Origin: Nitrosopumilus sp.
GTDB lineage: Archaea; Thermoproteota; Nitrososphaeria; Nitrososphaerales; Nitrosopumilaceae
Length of the DNA stretch: 64,000 nucleotides
Direction of reading: 5' to 3'
Assembly: GCA_965218695.1 (NCBI GenBank)
Contig: OZ244651.1
Location: forward strand, 2,176,001-2,240,000
Part shown: positions 50,777 to 60,689 of the stretch, one piece after another
Numbering within the stretch: the stretch's first letter is position 1
How the letters are laid out: each line of letters starts with the position of its first letter
The notes under the pieces: generated by a model
The model's database searches: none
Told to the model about the DNA's origin: nothing
Seen by the model: the letters and a program-made list of their open reading frames with translations, nothing else
Position numbers and translations under genes: made by a program

Positions 50777-51908
50777 TAGGCGGTTTGGACTGGCGTATGA
50801 GGAGTGATTCCAACTGCACCTTGAACGTGAGCATGGTCATGACACTCTGCCTTTCGGTACCGTCAGAAAGCATTGCCCTGACGATTATCCATTCATTGTA
50901 CAATGTTAGGGAATAGTAAAAACACAACATCCGCGATTCCATGTCCGAAATCCGCGTCTTGGCCCTGCACTCCTCGATTTTACCGTACCCGGTCTCTATT
51001 CCCCATCTTTTGGCATAAGCCTCCGTCTTGATTGTGGGGTGGTTTGTTGCAAACCCGATGTATTTCTCTTCCGGGACATCAGGGTCTTTGGCGTTTTTTC
51101 TTTCAGTTATTATCATGGAATATTCGACGGAGCCCTGGTTGTTCTCAATCACGTTTGTTGAGATCCTTTCCCTCTTTCCTTGTGCAAAATCCTGCAGGGC
51201 TTCCACCACGTTGGGCGTGTTCCTGCACGGCATCAGGTACCTTACGCCGTTTGCCCGCAGCCTGCTTATCGTGTCGACTGAGAAGAATTCCCGGTCAAGC
51301 AGCGCCAGGCGGATCCTGATGCCCATCCCTGCCATGGTCTTGAGGACTGCATCCACGTAATCAGGCACGAATTCGAGCCTTTTGAGGTATGATGCTGCAA
51401 GGACCATGCGCATCTTGTCGTTTACGCACTGGACTGTCATGTAACGCTCAAAATACGTGGTTCCGTTTTTGTATTTGGAACGGGTCAGCTCCCCTCCGGG
51501 TGCCCGGTCATAACGCGGTATGAGGTGCATGTCGATTGCGATGTCCAGTCCTTCTTTTGGGAATTTGCCCAGTTTTTTGAATGTGTCAAGTTGCACTGCC
51601 ACCATTTCTTCGAATGCGCGCTGAACCGTGCCCTGCTCCATCCCCTTGATTGCCGATGCATGCCACCTGTCGGAGGGAGCGTCGCAGTGCGTGCGCTTTA
51701 CCGCGTTTGCGCACCCGCCTACGGACGAATCCATGGTGGCTCCCCTCAGCATGCCGTGATTTAGATCGTCTGTTCCAAATACCGCATTGTACCTGTTTGA
51801 CGTGTTGGCGCAGGCAAGCATGTTTTTCATGCCGCTTGCGACATCTTGATATATTCTTGGATTGTTCAGTAGATCGCGGCCCTGCTTGGTTTTTTGTCTA
51901 GACAACAA
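50739..51908 (-). CDS. ISH3 transposase (last few residues replaced by IS630 end)
   Basis: AIDMHLIP, LLDREFFS, YAKRWGIETGY. Confidence 0.9.
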   Translation of the reverse strand: MLSRQKTKQGRDLLNNPRIYQDVASGMKNMLACANTSNRYNAVFGTDDLNHGMLRGATMDSSVGGCANAVKRTHCDAPSDRWHASAIKGMEQGTVQRAFEEMVAVQLDTFKKLGKFPKEGLDIAIDMHLIPRYDRAPGGELTRSKYKNGTTYFERYMTVQCVNDKMRMVLAASYLKRLEFVPDYVDAVLKTMAGMGIRIRLALLDREFFSVDTISRLRANGVRYLMPCRNTPNVVEALQDFAQGKRERISTNVIENNQGSVEYSMIITERKNAKDPDVPEEKYIGFATNHPTIKTEAYAKRWGIETGYGKIEECRAKTRISDMESRMLCFYYSLTLYNEWIIVRAMLSDGTERQSVMTMLTFKVQLESLLIRQSKPPIPAMKNSYQNRS

Positions 51909-52026
51909 AAACCATAGGGCCGTACCCTTATTGATCTGCTTGCATTCTTGTCAGATTTTGCCTAGATCAAAGCACATTTCGCTTAGCTGAATCGTCTGTG
52001 ACCTGTTAACAAAAACAAGCTTGTTG

Positions 52027-54177
52027 GTAAGAGGTCGCCTTTGCGAAGCGATTCCGTGCCTGATCTGCCCCGATTAATTACCAACTGAGCTACGTTTTCG
52101 GCCGTAAATGCCCATTTAATTGGCATTATTTCAGGTTTTTTCCGGGAGGGTCAGACTGAGCTACGTTTTGGCCGATCCGGTGATCGGGTTTGCGAAGTGG
52201 CCTTTTTTGAAGCGGCCGGGCGGTGAATTGTGCCGGGATCAGGCGAGGTTATGCCAGGCTGCCGGCGCGACGGGTCTGCATGGAACAGTCAGGGAGTGGA
52301 TTTTGCAGGATTTATGCAGTTGCTGCTGCTCCTGTCGGAATTTTTTCGACAAGACCGTGCATATAGTCAACCAAAAAGTCATGCGGGTTGACTCCGCGCC
52401 TCCTGCACGTCTCGCGGACGGTGGCCAGGACGGCGTGGTTGTATGCGCCGGCAAGGCTCTTGCTGCCGCCTGAGACCTTCCGGGATGCGACGCTGGGCCG
52501 CAGGGGGCGCTCGGCATCGTTGTTATGGCACTTTGTGTTGAGGCGGATGAATGGGAACAGGTGGGTGATCTCGCGCCGCAGCCGCTTGACAAACCGCTTG
52601 CAGTGGGCGTCTGTATACTCGCCGGAGATCAGGCGCCTCACCCTGGCCAATAGGTTGCGCACCTTGAGGTTTCGCGTGGCCTCGTCGTCGTCCGGGTCGA
52701 GTCCCTTCTCCGGGAACCAGGAATCGGTGATTATCCCCTTCAGGGCCTTGGCGAACTTTTTGAATTCGGGCCCGGGGTTCTTCATGGTCAGGGTGCGGAG
52801 GATCTCGCGGAGGTAGTGGTAGTGGCACTTTTGGTGGGTCCTGCCGATGCGGTTCCACGCAGCGTGTGAATCAGAGGTGACGTGGCCGCCGTACCCTCCA
52901 AGCAGGGTCTCCAGCACGTCTCCTCCCCGGCTCTTGTCCACGTAAAAGACAGTCGAGTTGTCACCGACTAGTATCCACAGCCAGTACAGTATCCCGGCTA
53001 CCCTCCAGCTGGTCTCGTCGCCAAAGACATGCCCTGAGAAGAATATATCCTCGAGCATCTCCTCGTAGAGCGGGTGGAGGGATCCCGTAACGGCATCCAC
53101 GTGGCTGATGACTGTCGACTTGGCAAGGCCTGCGTGGTAGATTATGTTGATCAGCTTGCGGATGGGTTCGTAGGGAATGTTGTACATCCTCATCGTCGTC
53201 TCAAGGCACGTCAGGCTGGCGCCGAACCGCCCCCCTGGGACGACCCCTGGGATCTCGGGGGCAAACTGCCTGCCGCATTCCCCGCAGTACCTGCGGACGA
53301 CGGTATACTGGATGCCGGTCAGCTTCCCGTCGATGATCTCCTCGACTACCCGGATGGTCACCTCGGTGGGCTCCTTCGAGAGGGCATGGCCGTGCGGGCA
53401 GGCGGGCATGTCGACTAGCTTTTTTTCGGATATCGGGGGAGGATCACGGCCGGTGCGCAGGCAGACGACCTTCCTGAACGGGTCCGGCGCAGGCCCTGGT
53501 GATTCCCGGAGCCGCTTCTGGGAGCGGCGGCTTTTGATGCCCAGATTCTCGGCTGCCAGCGCCGAGTTGGCCGCGCGCGCCTCCCTTAACTGAGAGGCAT
53601 GCTCTGATGCCTGCCGTTCCAGGCGGGCTATCCTGTCCATGACTGCCTGCGAGACGTCGCATCCCTGCAGGAGGGCGGCATTCTCTGCCCTCAGTTTCTC
53701 TATCTCGGAGTCCTTTTGCACATTCTCTTCTTCCAGCAGTTTGATCCTGGCATCCATCTCCGTCAGCATCGCATGTTCCCCTGAGAAGGCCTCTGCCTCC
53801 TCCTTCAGCTGCTCGATGTCTTTTCTCAGCGCCATGCTCTCCTCGTCCTTGGATTTGAGCATGTCCAAGACGGATTCGAAGAGGGACTTGGTGTCGGTTA
53901 CGGAGTTCCAGTCAATCTTTTCCAAGTCGATTACAGGCACCACGCCATAACACGGGAAGGCATGATCCATAAAGCTTTTGGGCACGCAGCGCCTGCCGGA
54001 AAATGCGGCGCAAAAGATCCAACCGGAAGAGCCTTGATCCGAAAACCGCTCTGCCTGCCTGAGGACCGTGTTGATAACGTGCAATTAATCGGGTATTTAT
54101 GGTCAAAAACGTAGCTCAGTTGGTAATTAATCGGAACAGATCAGGCACGGAATTGCTTCGCAAAGGCGACCTCTTAC
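52027..54177 (-). mobile_element. IS66-family single-gene element with about 96-bp TIRs
   Basis: GTAAGAGGTCGCCTTTGCGAAGC... inverted at 52027-52122 and 54082-54177; no matching 8-bp DR. Confidence 0.9.
52312..54084 (-). CDS. IS66 transposase with long N-terminal coiled coil (true start probably near 53940-53970)
   Basis: CPHG/CGEC, GDETSWR, TSDSH, QKCHYHYLR, HNNDAERPLR. Confidence 0.9.
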   Translation of the reverse strand: MHVINTVLRQAERFSDQGSSGWIFCAAFSGRRCVPKSFMDHAFPCYGVVPVIDLEKIDWNSVTDTKSLFESVLDMLKSKDEESMALRKDIEQLKEEAEAFSGEHAMLTEMDARIKLLEEENVQKDSEIEKLRAENAALLQGCDVSQAVMDRIARLERQASEHASQLREARAANSALAAENLGIKSRRSQKRLRESPGPAPDPFRKVVCLRTGRDPPPISEKKLVDMPACPHGHALSKEPTEVTIRVVEEIIDGKLTGIQYTVVRRYCGECGRQFAPEIPGVVPGGRFGASLTCLETTMRMYNIPYEPIRKLINIIYHAGLAKSTVISHVDAVTGSLHPLYEEMLEDIFFSGHVFGDETSWRVAGILYWLWILVGDNSTVFYVDKSRGGDVLETLLGGYGGHVTSDSHAAWNRIGRTHQKCHYHYLREILRTLTMKNPGPEFKKFAKALKGIITDSWFPEKGLDPDDDEATRNLKVRNLLARVRRLISGEYTDAHCKRFVKRLRREITHLFPFIRLNTKCHNNDAERPLRPSVASRKVSGGSKSLAGAYNHAVLATVRETCRRRGVNPHDFLVDYMHGLVEKIPTGAAATA

Positions 54178-54605
54178 CATTTTGGTCATCATGTCCACTC
54201 AGAATCAAAGCGTAACGATCAGGCGGAACCTGTCTTCCGCTAGAATCAGTCTGGTCCCACACAATCTCAACGAACCCGTTTTGCTCGATTGTCTGAGGCT
54301 CCGTAAGCGTAATGGCGACATCCCCGGTATTGGTATTTTTTATCCTTACAGAGTCGACTGCGATGTCAGCGTCGCCGATATTGGATATTCTGAAGGGTAT
54401 CTGCTCGTCTGACAGATACTCTGTTCTCGGATATTCCGAATCATCAATCCAGATCCGATCGTTTTGGTGTGGTTTTACATGTTCAATTACGTTTACGGTG
54501 ACTGATCGTGACTCATCCACCGCAGATAAAACTCCGGTTCCGGAATTTATGGAAATGCGCGAAATAAAGCTGCAGTCATCCATTATGTCAAATTCAAGCG
54601 TGCTA

Positions 54606-55707
54606 TAGTGAAAAGCAAAAATTCGTTCCAAGTTCAGCACCTCAGACCGAAAACTATGTAGATCATCTGGTCGCCTAACGCGGCATGAGCAAAGTAACAC
54701 GGGAAGAACTCGAAGCAGCATACAAAAAAGAAAAAGACCTCAGGGTGGGAGTCAGAATGCTTGCAGTGCACATGGTATATTTTCGCAAAGTGAGCATAGA
54801 GGATGCAGCCGTCAATCTTTTGCGATGCCCTCGATGGGTGCGCAACTGGCTGGAACGCTTCGAGAAGGGAGGCCTTGAAGGCCTCCTGGATCTTCCCAGA
54901 TCCGGCAGGCCGCCCAAGATTTCGCCGGAAACAATGGACGGCATACTGGACAAGGTAGACAGGTTCAAGACCACTCCTGCCGAACTGCAACAGGTCATAC
55001 ACAAGGAAACGGGAACAAGGATGCACAGGACGAATGTCAGGAAAATCATGCAAAAATACGGCCTGTCTCCCAAGGGGTCGCAAAGGATCCACATTAACAG
55101 GGCCACCAAAACGGCCGTAAAAAGTTGGCAATATCGCCTCAAAAAGAGAATTTCACGCCTAGAAAAGGACGGTTTTGTCCTGGCCGTGCAAGACGAGGCG
55201 TTCTTCATACACGACGTAAAATCGGGTCGCAAGTATTGGTCGCCTGTGGGGGTGCCAATAACCGTACCATATACTGGAAGCCACAAAAGAATTGCCGTGT
55301 ACGGTTCAATCACGACGGACGGCAGGCAGTTCTTCAGGACTGCCAGCGGGTTTAATGCGCCCACATTTGTTGCCTATCTCAAGGCCATGCAGAGGCATTT
55401 TGGGAAGGTGGCCGTCATGGTGGACAGGGCGTCCCCGCACCGCGCAAAAGCCGTCCGGACGCTGCTGCGCAAGAACAAGAACATCAGGATCATATACCTG
55501 CCAAAAGGCTCACCGCATCTCAACGCCGTGGAAGAATGCTGGCACCAGGGAAAACGGAACCTGCTTGTCTCAGAATACTACAAAACCTTCTTGGACATGC
55601 ACAGGGCCATCTCCCAGTATTATCGAACTGCGAGATTCAATCTGGATTTGATCAAATTCTTTAACAGAAAAGCCGAATTATTTTGCAAGAACTTTTGATC
55701 GCCACTA
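54606..55707 (+). mobile_element. IS630-family element
   Basis: Imperfect TIR TAGTGAAAAGCAAAAATTC/GAACTTTTGATCGCCACTA; TA duplication at 54604-54605 and 55708-55709. Confidence 0.9.
54685..55698 (+). CDS. IS630 transposase (intact)
   Basis: PRSGRPP, VQDEA, VDRASPH, HLNAVEECW. Confidence 0.93.
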   Translation: MSKVTREELEAAYKKEKDLRVGVRMLAVHMVYFRKVSIEDAAVNLLRCPRWVRNWLERFEKGGLEGLLDLPRSGRPPKISPETMDGILDKVDRFKTTPAELQQVIHKETGTRMHRTNVRKIMQKYGLSPKGSQRIHINRATKTAVKSWQYRLKKRISRLEKDGFVLAVQDEAFFIHDVKSGRKYWSPVGVPITVPYTGSHKRIAVYGSITTDGRQFFRTASGFNAPTFVAYLKAMQRHFGKVAVMVDRASPHRAKAVRTLLRKNKNIRIIYLPKGSPHLNAVEECWHQGKRNLLVSEYYKTFLDMHRAISQYYRTARFNLDLIKFFNRKAELFCKNF

Positions 55708-57213
55708 TAGTATCAATTACGGTTACTGAGCCACCCCCGTTTGGAACATACAGTTTGCCACGTACGTGATCAAAATCCATATCGAATCCTGGGCGATGCA
55801 GATTTATTGTGTCCGTCTGGTAATCTATTCCATCAATTATCAGCAGTGTTCCGGCAAAACGGCTTAGGAGGTAGACTTCATTGTCATTCTCGTTGATCTG
55901 GATCTTGTCTGCCCAATTGTCAACGGGTATTTCCGCCTCAGCAGAGTTTGTGTGCCCGTCTACCACATACAATGCGCCATTTAATACGTAGATTTTGTTG
56001 GTCGCCGAATTTACCTCAATGTCTTGGGTTCCAGAGTATCCATACTCGCCCAAATGAAGCTTCGTAATGACATCCTCCGTATCAAGATCAATCACGTACA
56101 GGTTATCTTCACCTGTCAGGGCATACAAAGTATTGGTCTTCGGATTTACAGCAGTTGATCTGACATATTCGCCCTCGCCTGATTTGTCGTAATATTCTAT
56201 TGTTGAAATAATCGAATGGCTTTCCCCATCCAGCACCAGGATCCTGCCATGATCCTTTCCACTTACTCGTCCATTGTCAGCCATATAGATCAGGTTTGTT
56301 TCAGGATTTATGGCAATATCCGATATTCTTACGCTGGATCTTGGGCCGTATAGAGCCAGATTCTCTTTTGTTTCGCCAGAATTTCCATATATGGTTGGGA
56401 CTATTGTCGTGTAATGCTCATAGACGTAAACAAGATCGGTGGCGGGATTTGTGATTATTTTCCAGTCGTTATGAGATTCCTCCACCATAAAATCATTTTT
56501 TACGTTTCTTATTATCGAGTTTGATTCAACATCAAACATGGCTATACGGTCATACCGGCCATCCAAATCTTTGCCACACGCGTCTCTTTGTACAACATTG
56601 TTTGGTTTATCAGAAACATACGAATAGCTTTCAGTCAGCGTCACGAATATTTTTCCATCTATGAATGCGCCACTTGTAGCAATAATCTGCCAAATACCGG
56701 GCTCTGTTGGCTTGATTGTTACCGTTGTCTGGGGAGGAAATCCAACATCCCTAACAACAGAAAAGAAACGATAATCATCGGAAATTTGTCCACGCATTCC
56801 ATAATAGGGTCTGCCGTCAGAAAAATCATCATCAACAATTTCAAAGCCCTTTGGCAAAATGATTGTAAATTCTGTTGACCATGTTTTTTCATCAGAAGCC
56901 TGTGTCCAATTTTCATCATAATTATCAGGTGTGGGAGAGATGATAAGATCAAACTCCTGGCCCAGTACCGGAAGCTCAGATATCTCTATTTGCGTAAATC
57001 CCGGAGGAGGAGAAGGCGACGTAGCAAAGGCGTCATGGGATGCAATTGAGATCATGATGATTACAAAAATGACCAGAAAAATTTTAAATTAATTCAAAAA
57101 TGAAATCTCTCCAGTACCAACAGCGTATTTTGGGATCGAGTGGTTATAAGTACACGGTTGGGGCGGTTCTCAGGAGACGGCATATTAGATGATCAGATTG
57201 ATAGTCCCATAAT

Positions 57214-58761
57214 AGAAGCCATGCGTAATCCCTCCATTTCGTTGGGTTAAACCAGAAAAACCCAGAAAATATTAAAAATTCTGATTTAATTCTCGCCATG
57301 TTAGCCATGTGGGGATCCTGTCCTGCCAGAAATACAAAATAACGTGCGCAACCTTGCAGCACCACGATGTGCACGGAATTAATTGTTTGAAACGGCGCTG
57401 CCGGGGACGTTTGCCTCTTCCCAGTTTATTACCGGCCCCAGCGTGCTACCTGAAGGAGGTCCTTTCTTCATCTGGTTCCACAGGAGGTCCAGGTTTACGA
57501 GTCCGGTTATTATGTTAAATTCCCTGTTAAAGTCGCCAATCTTTCCCTTGTATGGCGCGGTAAGCCGGCCGTACCGCTTCAGCCTGCCGATGGAGTGCTC
57601 CACCTTTACCCTGGCCGAGTTGACGGCGTGGTTGTGCTCCTTTTCCTCCTTTGTAAAGCGCTTGTGGTTCTTGGTCTTCTTGTGCGGCTGCAGGGTGTTT
57701 GTGCCGGGCAGATCCTTTGCGATTCCCTTGTAGCCGCGGTCAGTAAGGGTGTGGATCCTGTCCTCTTCGGGGGTGTCCTCGTCGCACATGCGGTCCCACC
57801 ATTTTCCAAACGGCAGCGGGCTCTCCCTGAGCAGCGTGATGTCGTGGACGGATCCCACGGTGCTGCCGGATATGGCGACTATCACCCCGTTTTCATTTAT
57901 GCAGACTGTGGTGTTGAGCGTGAATTTCTTCTTCTTGCCCGAATACATCATGCTCCTCATCTGTTTTTCGTCCGGCCTCTGTATGGGGCAGTGCGTGCCG
58001 TCGATCATCATGATGCCCCCGTCAGGCCCGGAAATTATTTTTTTGAGATCCTCTTTTGTCTCCGTGCCTGCTATCTCCTTTGATATGTTGGCAGCAGTGG
58101 GCAGCGCCGCCTCGAGTACCGCGTCCATGACGTCGATGTACCTGGACACGGTCGCCTGGTCTATTCCAAAGAATGCCGCAAGCGCGCCCTGCGTGGGGTT
58201 GCCCTTTTTGTACATCAGTGACATGAGTAGCGCGTGCCTTGGGTACAGCTTGCAGCGGTTCCCGGGATCCGACGCCCTCGTCTCGTCGTTCCTGAAGAGC
58301 GGGGATTTGCCGCTTTGTCTTATCCATGCCTCGGCCCTGTCAAGTATGTACTGGAATTGCCCCCTGCCCTTCAGCGTCGCGTCATGAAGCTTCTTCCCGA
58401 CGCCGATGACGTCGTCAAACACCTCCACGCGGTGCAGCAGGGCGGGCTCCCCTGCGGCTCCGGACTCGGAGCCGTCCCGCGTGCTCCACAGGCTTTGCTC
58501 GTGCTTGGCGGCTGCCTCCAAGCGCTTGATGTCAGCGTCCTGGCGCTTGATGTCAGCGTCCTGGCGCTTGATGTCAGCGTCCTGGCGCTTGATCATGTAT
58601 CTGAGAGCCTTGTTCTCTTTTTGCAGGTCACTTGTTTCCTGATTCGACAACAGTATGAACCGGCATATTCTGGTTTTAATTGGATGGATCATAAATTTTT
58701 GACAGCAGGGCTAACATGTCAGCGCGGAGTTTGAAAAAGTTCCGGATTACGCATATTTTCT
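57214..58761 (-). mobile_element. IS5-like (DDE_Tnp_4) element
   Basis: TIR AGAAGCCATGCGTAATCC/GGATTACGCATATTTTCT; 3-bp DR AAT. Confidence 0.88.
57379..58692 (-). CDS. Transposase (DDE_Tnp_4) with N-terminal heptad repeats
   Basis: MIDGTH, YSGKKK, GSVHD, TDRGY, RVKVEHSIGRLK; (QDADIKR)x3. Confidence 0.92.
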   Translation of the reverse strand: MIHPIKTRICRFILLSNQETSDLQKENKALRYMIKRQDADIKRQDADIKRQDADIKRLEAAAKHEQSLWSTRDGSESGAAGEPALLHRVEVFDDVIGVGKKLHDATLKGRGQFQYILDRAEAWIRQSGKSPLFRNDETRASDPGNRCKLYPRHALLMSLMYKKGNPTQGALAAFFGIDQATVSRYIDVMDAVLEAALPTAANISKEIAGTETKEDLKKIISGPDGGIMMIDGTHCPIQRPDEKQMRSMMYSGKKKKFTLNTTVCINENGVIVAISGSTVGSVHDITLLRESPLPFGKWWDRMCDEDTPEEDRIHTLTDRGYKGIAKDLPGTNTLQPHKKTKNHKRFTKEEKEHNHAVNSARVKVEHSIGRLKRYGRLTAPYKGKIGDFNREFNIITGLVNLDLLWNQMKKGPPSGSTLGPVINWEEANVPGSAVSNN

Positions 58762-59069
58762 AATGCATTCCCCAACCAGGATCAGTTGTAACGCCATACG
58801 CTGGGATCAATACGGCAAAAAGGCTGCGGGTTTGGCCGGAACACACATGAGGACAAATGACCGATACTGATTCAAAATACCGCACGATGCCACCCGGCTC
58901 TTCAAAGCCACACCAGAACATGCTTCCGAGACATCGTGAGGAAATTTTGCATCAATCCCGTACTGAATTAATGTCATTTTGTACAAAAATCGCATCTGGA
59001 ACCCGTATGAGAATGGCGTTTTCAACACAAGATCAGTGCATAAACTAAACACTCAGCTGCCAGCTGCAT

Positions 59070-59324
59070 TTGCAGAAGAATCCGGTTGCCTTAAAAGCCT
59101 TAACTAAAGACACTAAACTAGATTTGGTCCACTCAGAGCACAACAGATCAAAGAAGAGCGGTGGGTTTGCCCTGATAATCCTAGGCGCGTTGCTGTTGTT
59201 TCTTGCGCCCAACATCTATCCCCAAATGCCCCAGTTTGGCACCGCCGCCTTGATTGGGGGAATGGTAGTAGGGGGAATCGGGTTCTATCTGAAATTTGTA
59301 AGGGGACGTTCAAGGAACAGATAA
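59070..59324 (+). CDS. Small two-TM membrane protein
   Basis: Two hydrophobic segments with a basic C-terminus; start uncertain. Confidence 0.6.
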   Translation: MQKNPVALKALTKDTKLDLVHSEHNRSKKSGGFALIILGALLLFLAPNIYPQMPQFGTAALIGGMVVGGIGFYLKFVRGRSRNR

Positions 59325-59345
59325 GGAAAGATTCATCAATTAGAA

Positions 59346-60683
59346 GTGACACAAAAGAGCGTGAGATTCTTTCCCAGAAAGGACAGCGCAGTCTCCAAGG
59401 ATAGTGACGAGTACATTGTAAAAGAAGAGCTTGAGGCACGCTCAGAGGCACTGCAGGCCGAGGTAGACAAGAGTCAAAGTGAACTGGACAGGATTCAAGA
59501 GGAACGCGAGGAGAGGCGTGCTGAACTGCAGGACATCACTCAAAAGGTTCAGGTAGTAAAGGAAGAGTATAACACGTCAGTCGGCACCCTGATGTCAATC
59601 AAGAAGGACCTGAATCAAAGCAGGATGGATCTTGATTCCATACACAGGGAACACAAGGAGGTCTCAACTAGGATCAGGAATTCTGAGGTCAGTGTGGAGA
59701 TTGGCATGAGTCTTTCCAAGGCAAGAGATTTGCTCCTCAATACAAGGAATGAGATTAGGAAGGCAACGCAGGAGCGCGAGAGGGTAAAGGAGCAGATGGA
59801 GCAGGAGAAGACTGTCCTGTCAGGAATCAAGGAGGAGACCAGGAAGGCAGCAGAGTGCGATGATGCAGGGGAGCAGAAGATTCTATCAGGAATCAAGGAG
59901 GAGACCAGGAAGGCAACGCAGGAGCGCGAGAGGATAAAGGAGCAGATGGAGCAGGAGAAGACTGTCCTGGCAGGAATCAAGGAGGAGACCAGGAAGGCAG
60001 CAGAGCGCGATGATGCAGGGGAGCAGAAGATTCTATCAGGAATCAAGGAGGAGACCAGGAAGGCAACGCAGGAGCGCGAGAGGGTAAAGGAGCAGATGGA
60101 GCAGGAGAAGACTGTCCTGTCAGGAATCAAGGAGGAGACCAGGAAGGCAGCAGAGCGCGATGATGCAGGGGAGCAGAAGATTCTATCAGGAATCAAGGAG
60201 GAGACCAGGAAGGCAACGCAGGAGCGCGAGAGGGTAAAGGAGCAGATGGAGCAGGAACGCAAAGCCCTGTCCACCGTAAAAAGGGAGCAGATGAAGGCAA
60301 AGGAGGAGCTGGAGGAGACCAACGCCATGCTGTATAACGCAAAGGAGGACATGGGTAAAAAGACAAAAGTCCAAGAGACAGGTCCCCTTACCATCAAGGA
60401 AAAGGAGTTTATTCATGGGAACAGTACTGATCAGAGAGGTTCTGCAGGGATAATTGAGGCGGCAAGTGCAGTAGTCAGCTCCCTGAAATCAAAACTCAAG
60501 GCAACACAGGACAAGATTGATTCGGTCCAGGCTCTTTTGGAGGAAGAAAGGGAGAAGCATAAAAAGACCAAGCAGAAACTGGAGTCATTCAGGAAGGGCG
60601 CAGTCAAGTCAGAACAGAAGTCAGAACAGAAGTCAGAACAGAAGTCAGAACAGAAGTCAGAACACGGCAAGGATGCATCCTAG
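59346..60683 (+). CDS. Long coiled-coil protein with internal tandem repeats
   Basis: E/K-rich heptads; 50-aa unit repeated more than 3 times; (SEQK)n tail. Confidence 0.85.
   Translation: MTQKSVRFFPRKDSAVSKDSDEYIVKEELEARSEALQAEVDKSQSELDRIQEEREERRAELQDITQKVQVVKEEYNTSVGTLMSIKKDLNQSRMDLDSIHREHKEVSTRIRNSEVSVEIGMSLSKARDLLLNTRNEIRKATQERERVKEQMEQEKTVLSGIKEETRKAAECDDAGEQKILSGIKEETRKATQERERIKEQMEQEKTVLAGIKEETRKAAERDDAGEQKILSGIKEETRKATQERERVKEQMEQEKTVLSGIKEETRKAAERDDAGEQKILSGIKEETRKATQERERVKEQMEQERKALSTVKREQMKAKEELEETNAMLYNAKEDMGKKTKVQETGPLTIKEKEFIHGNSTDQRGSAGIIEAASAVVSSLKSKLKATQDKIDSVQALLEEEREKHKKTKQKLESFRKGAVKSEQKSEQKSEQKSEQKSEHGKDAS
59757..60256. repeat. 150-bp coding tandem repeat, about 3.3 copies
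   Basis: AGGCAACGCAGGAGCGCGAG at 59761, 59911, 60061 and 60211. Confidence 0.95.
60607..60664. repeat. 12-bp tandem repeat, about 5 copies
   Basis: (AGTCAGAACAGA)n encoding SEQK. Confidence 0.95.
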
Positions 60684-60689
60684 GAACGG

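Larger units (their letters stand above)
49488..51989 (-). mobile_element. ISH3-family element with nested IS630
   Basis: TIR CAGCTAAGCGAAAAGTGC/GCACATTTCGCTTAGCTG; flanking direct repeat AATCGT at 49482-49487 and 51990-51995. Confidence 0.9.
54178..57097 (-). pseudogene. Secreted YncE/YVTN beta-propeller protein with FlgD-Ig-like C-terminus, multiply disrupted
   Basis: Repeats NPETNLIY, NPKTNTLY, NSATNKIYV; VIDT|STLEF rejoins across IS630; WDQTDSSGRQVP; cut by IS66 at 54177; TAA in the signal peptide. Confidence 0.85.

Noticed and set aside
54105-54180. tRNA-like GTAGCTCAGTTGGTA
   Set aside because: It lies inside the IS66 TIR and is mirrored at about 52080. No acceptor stem, anticodon arm or TTCGA T-loop follows.
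59757-60664. Repeats as a possible CRISPR array
   Set aside because: No unique spacers, unit lengths are multiples of 3 within one ORF, and there are no cas genes.
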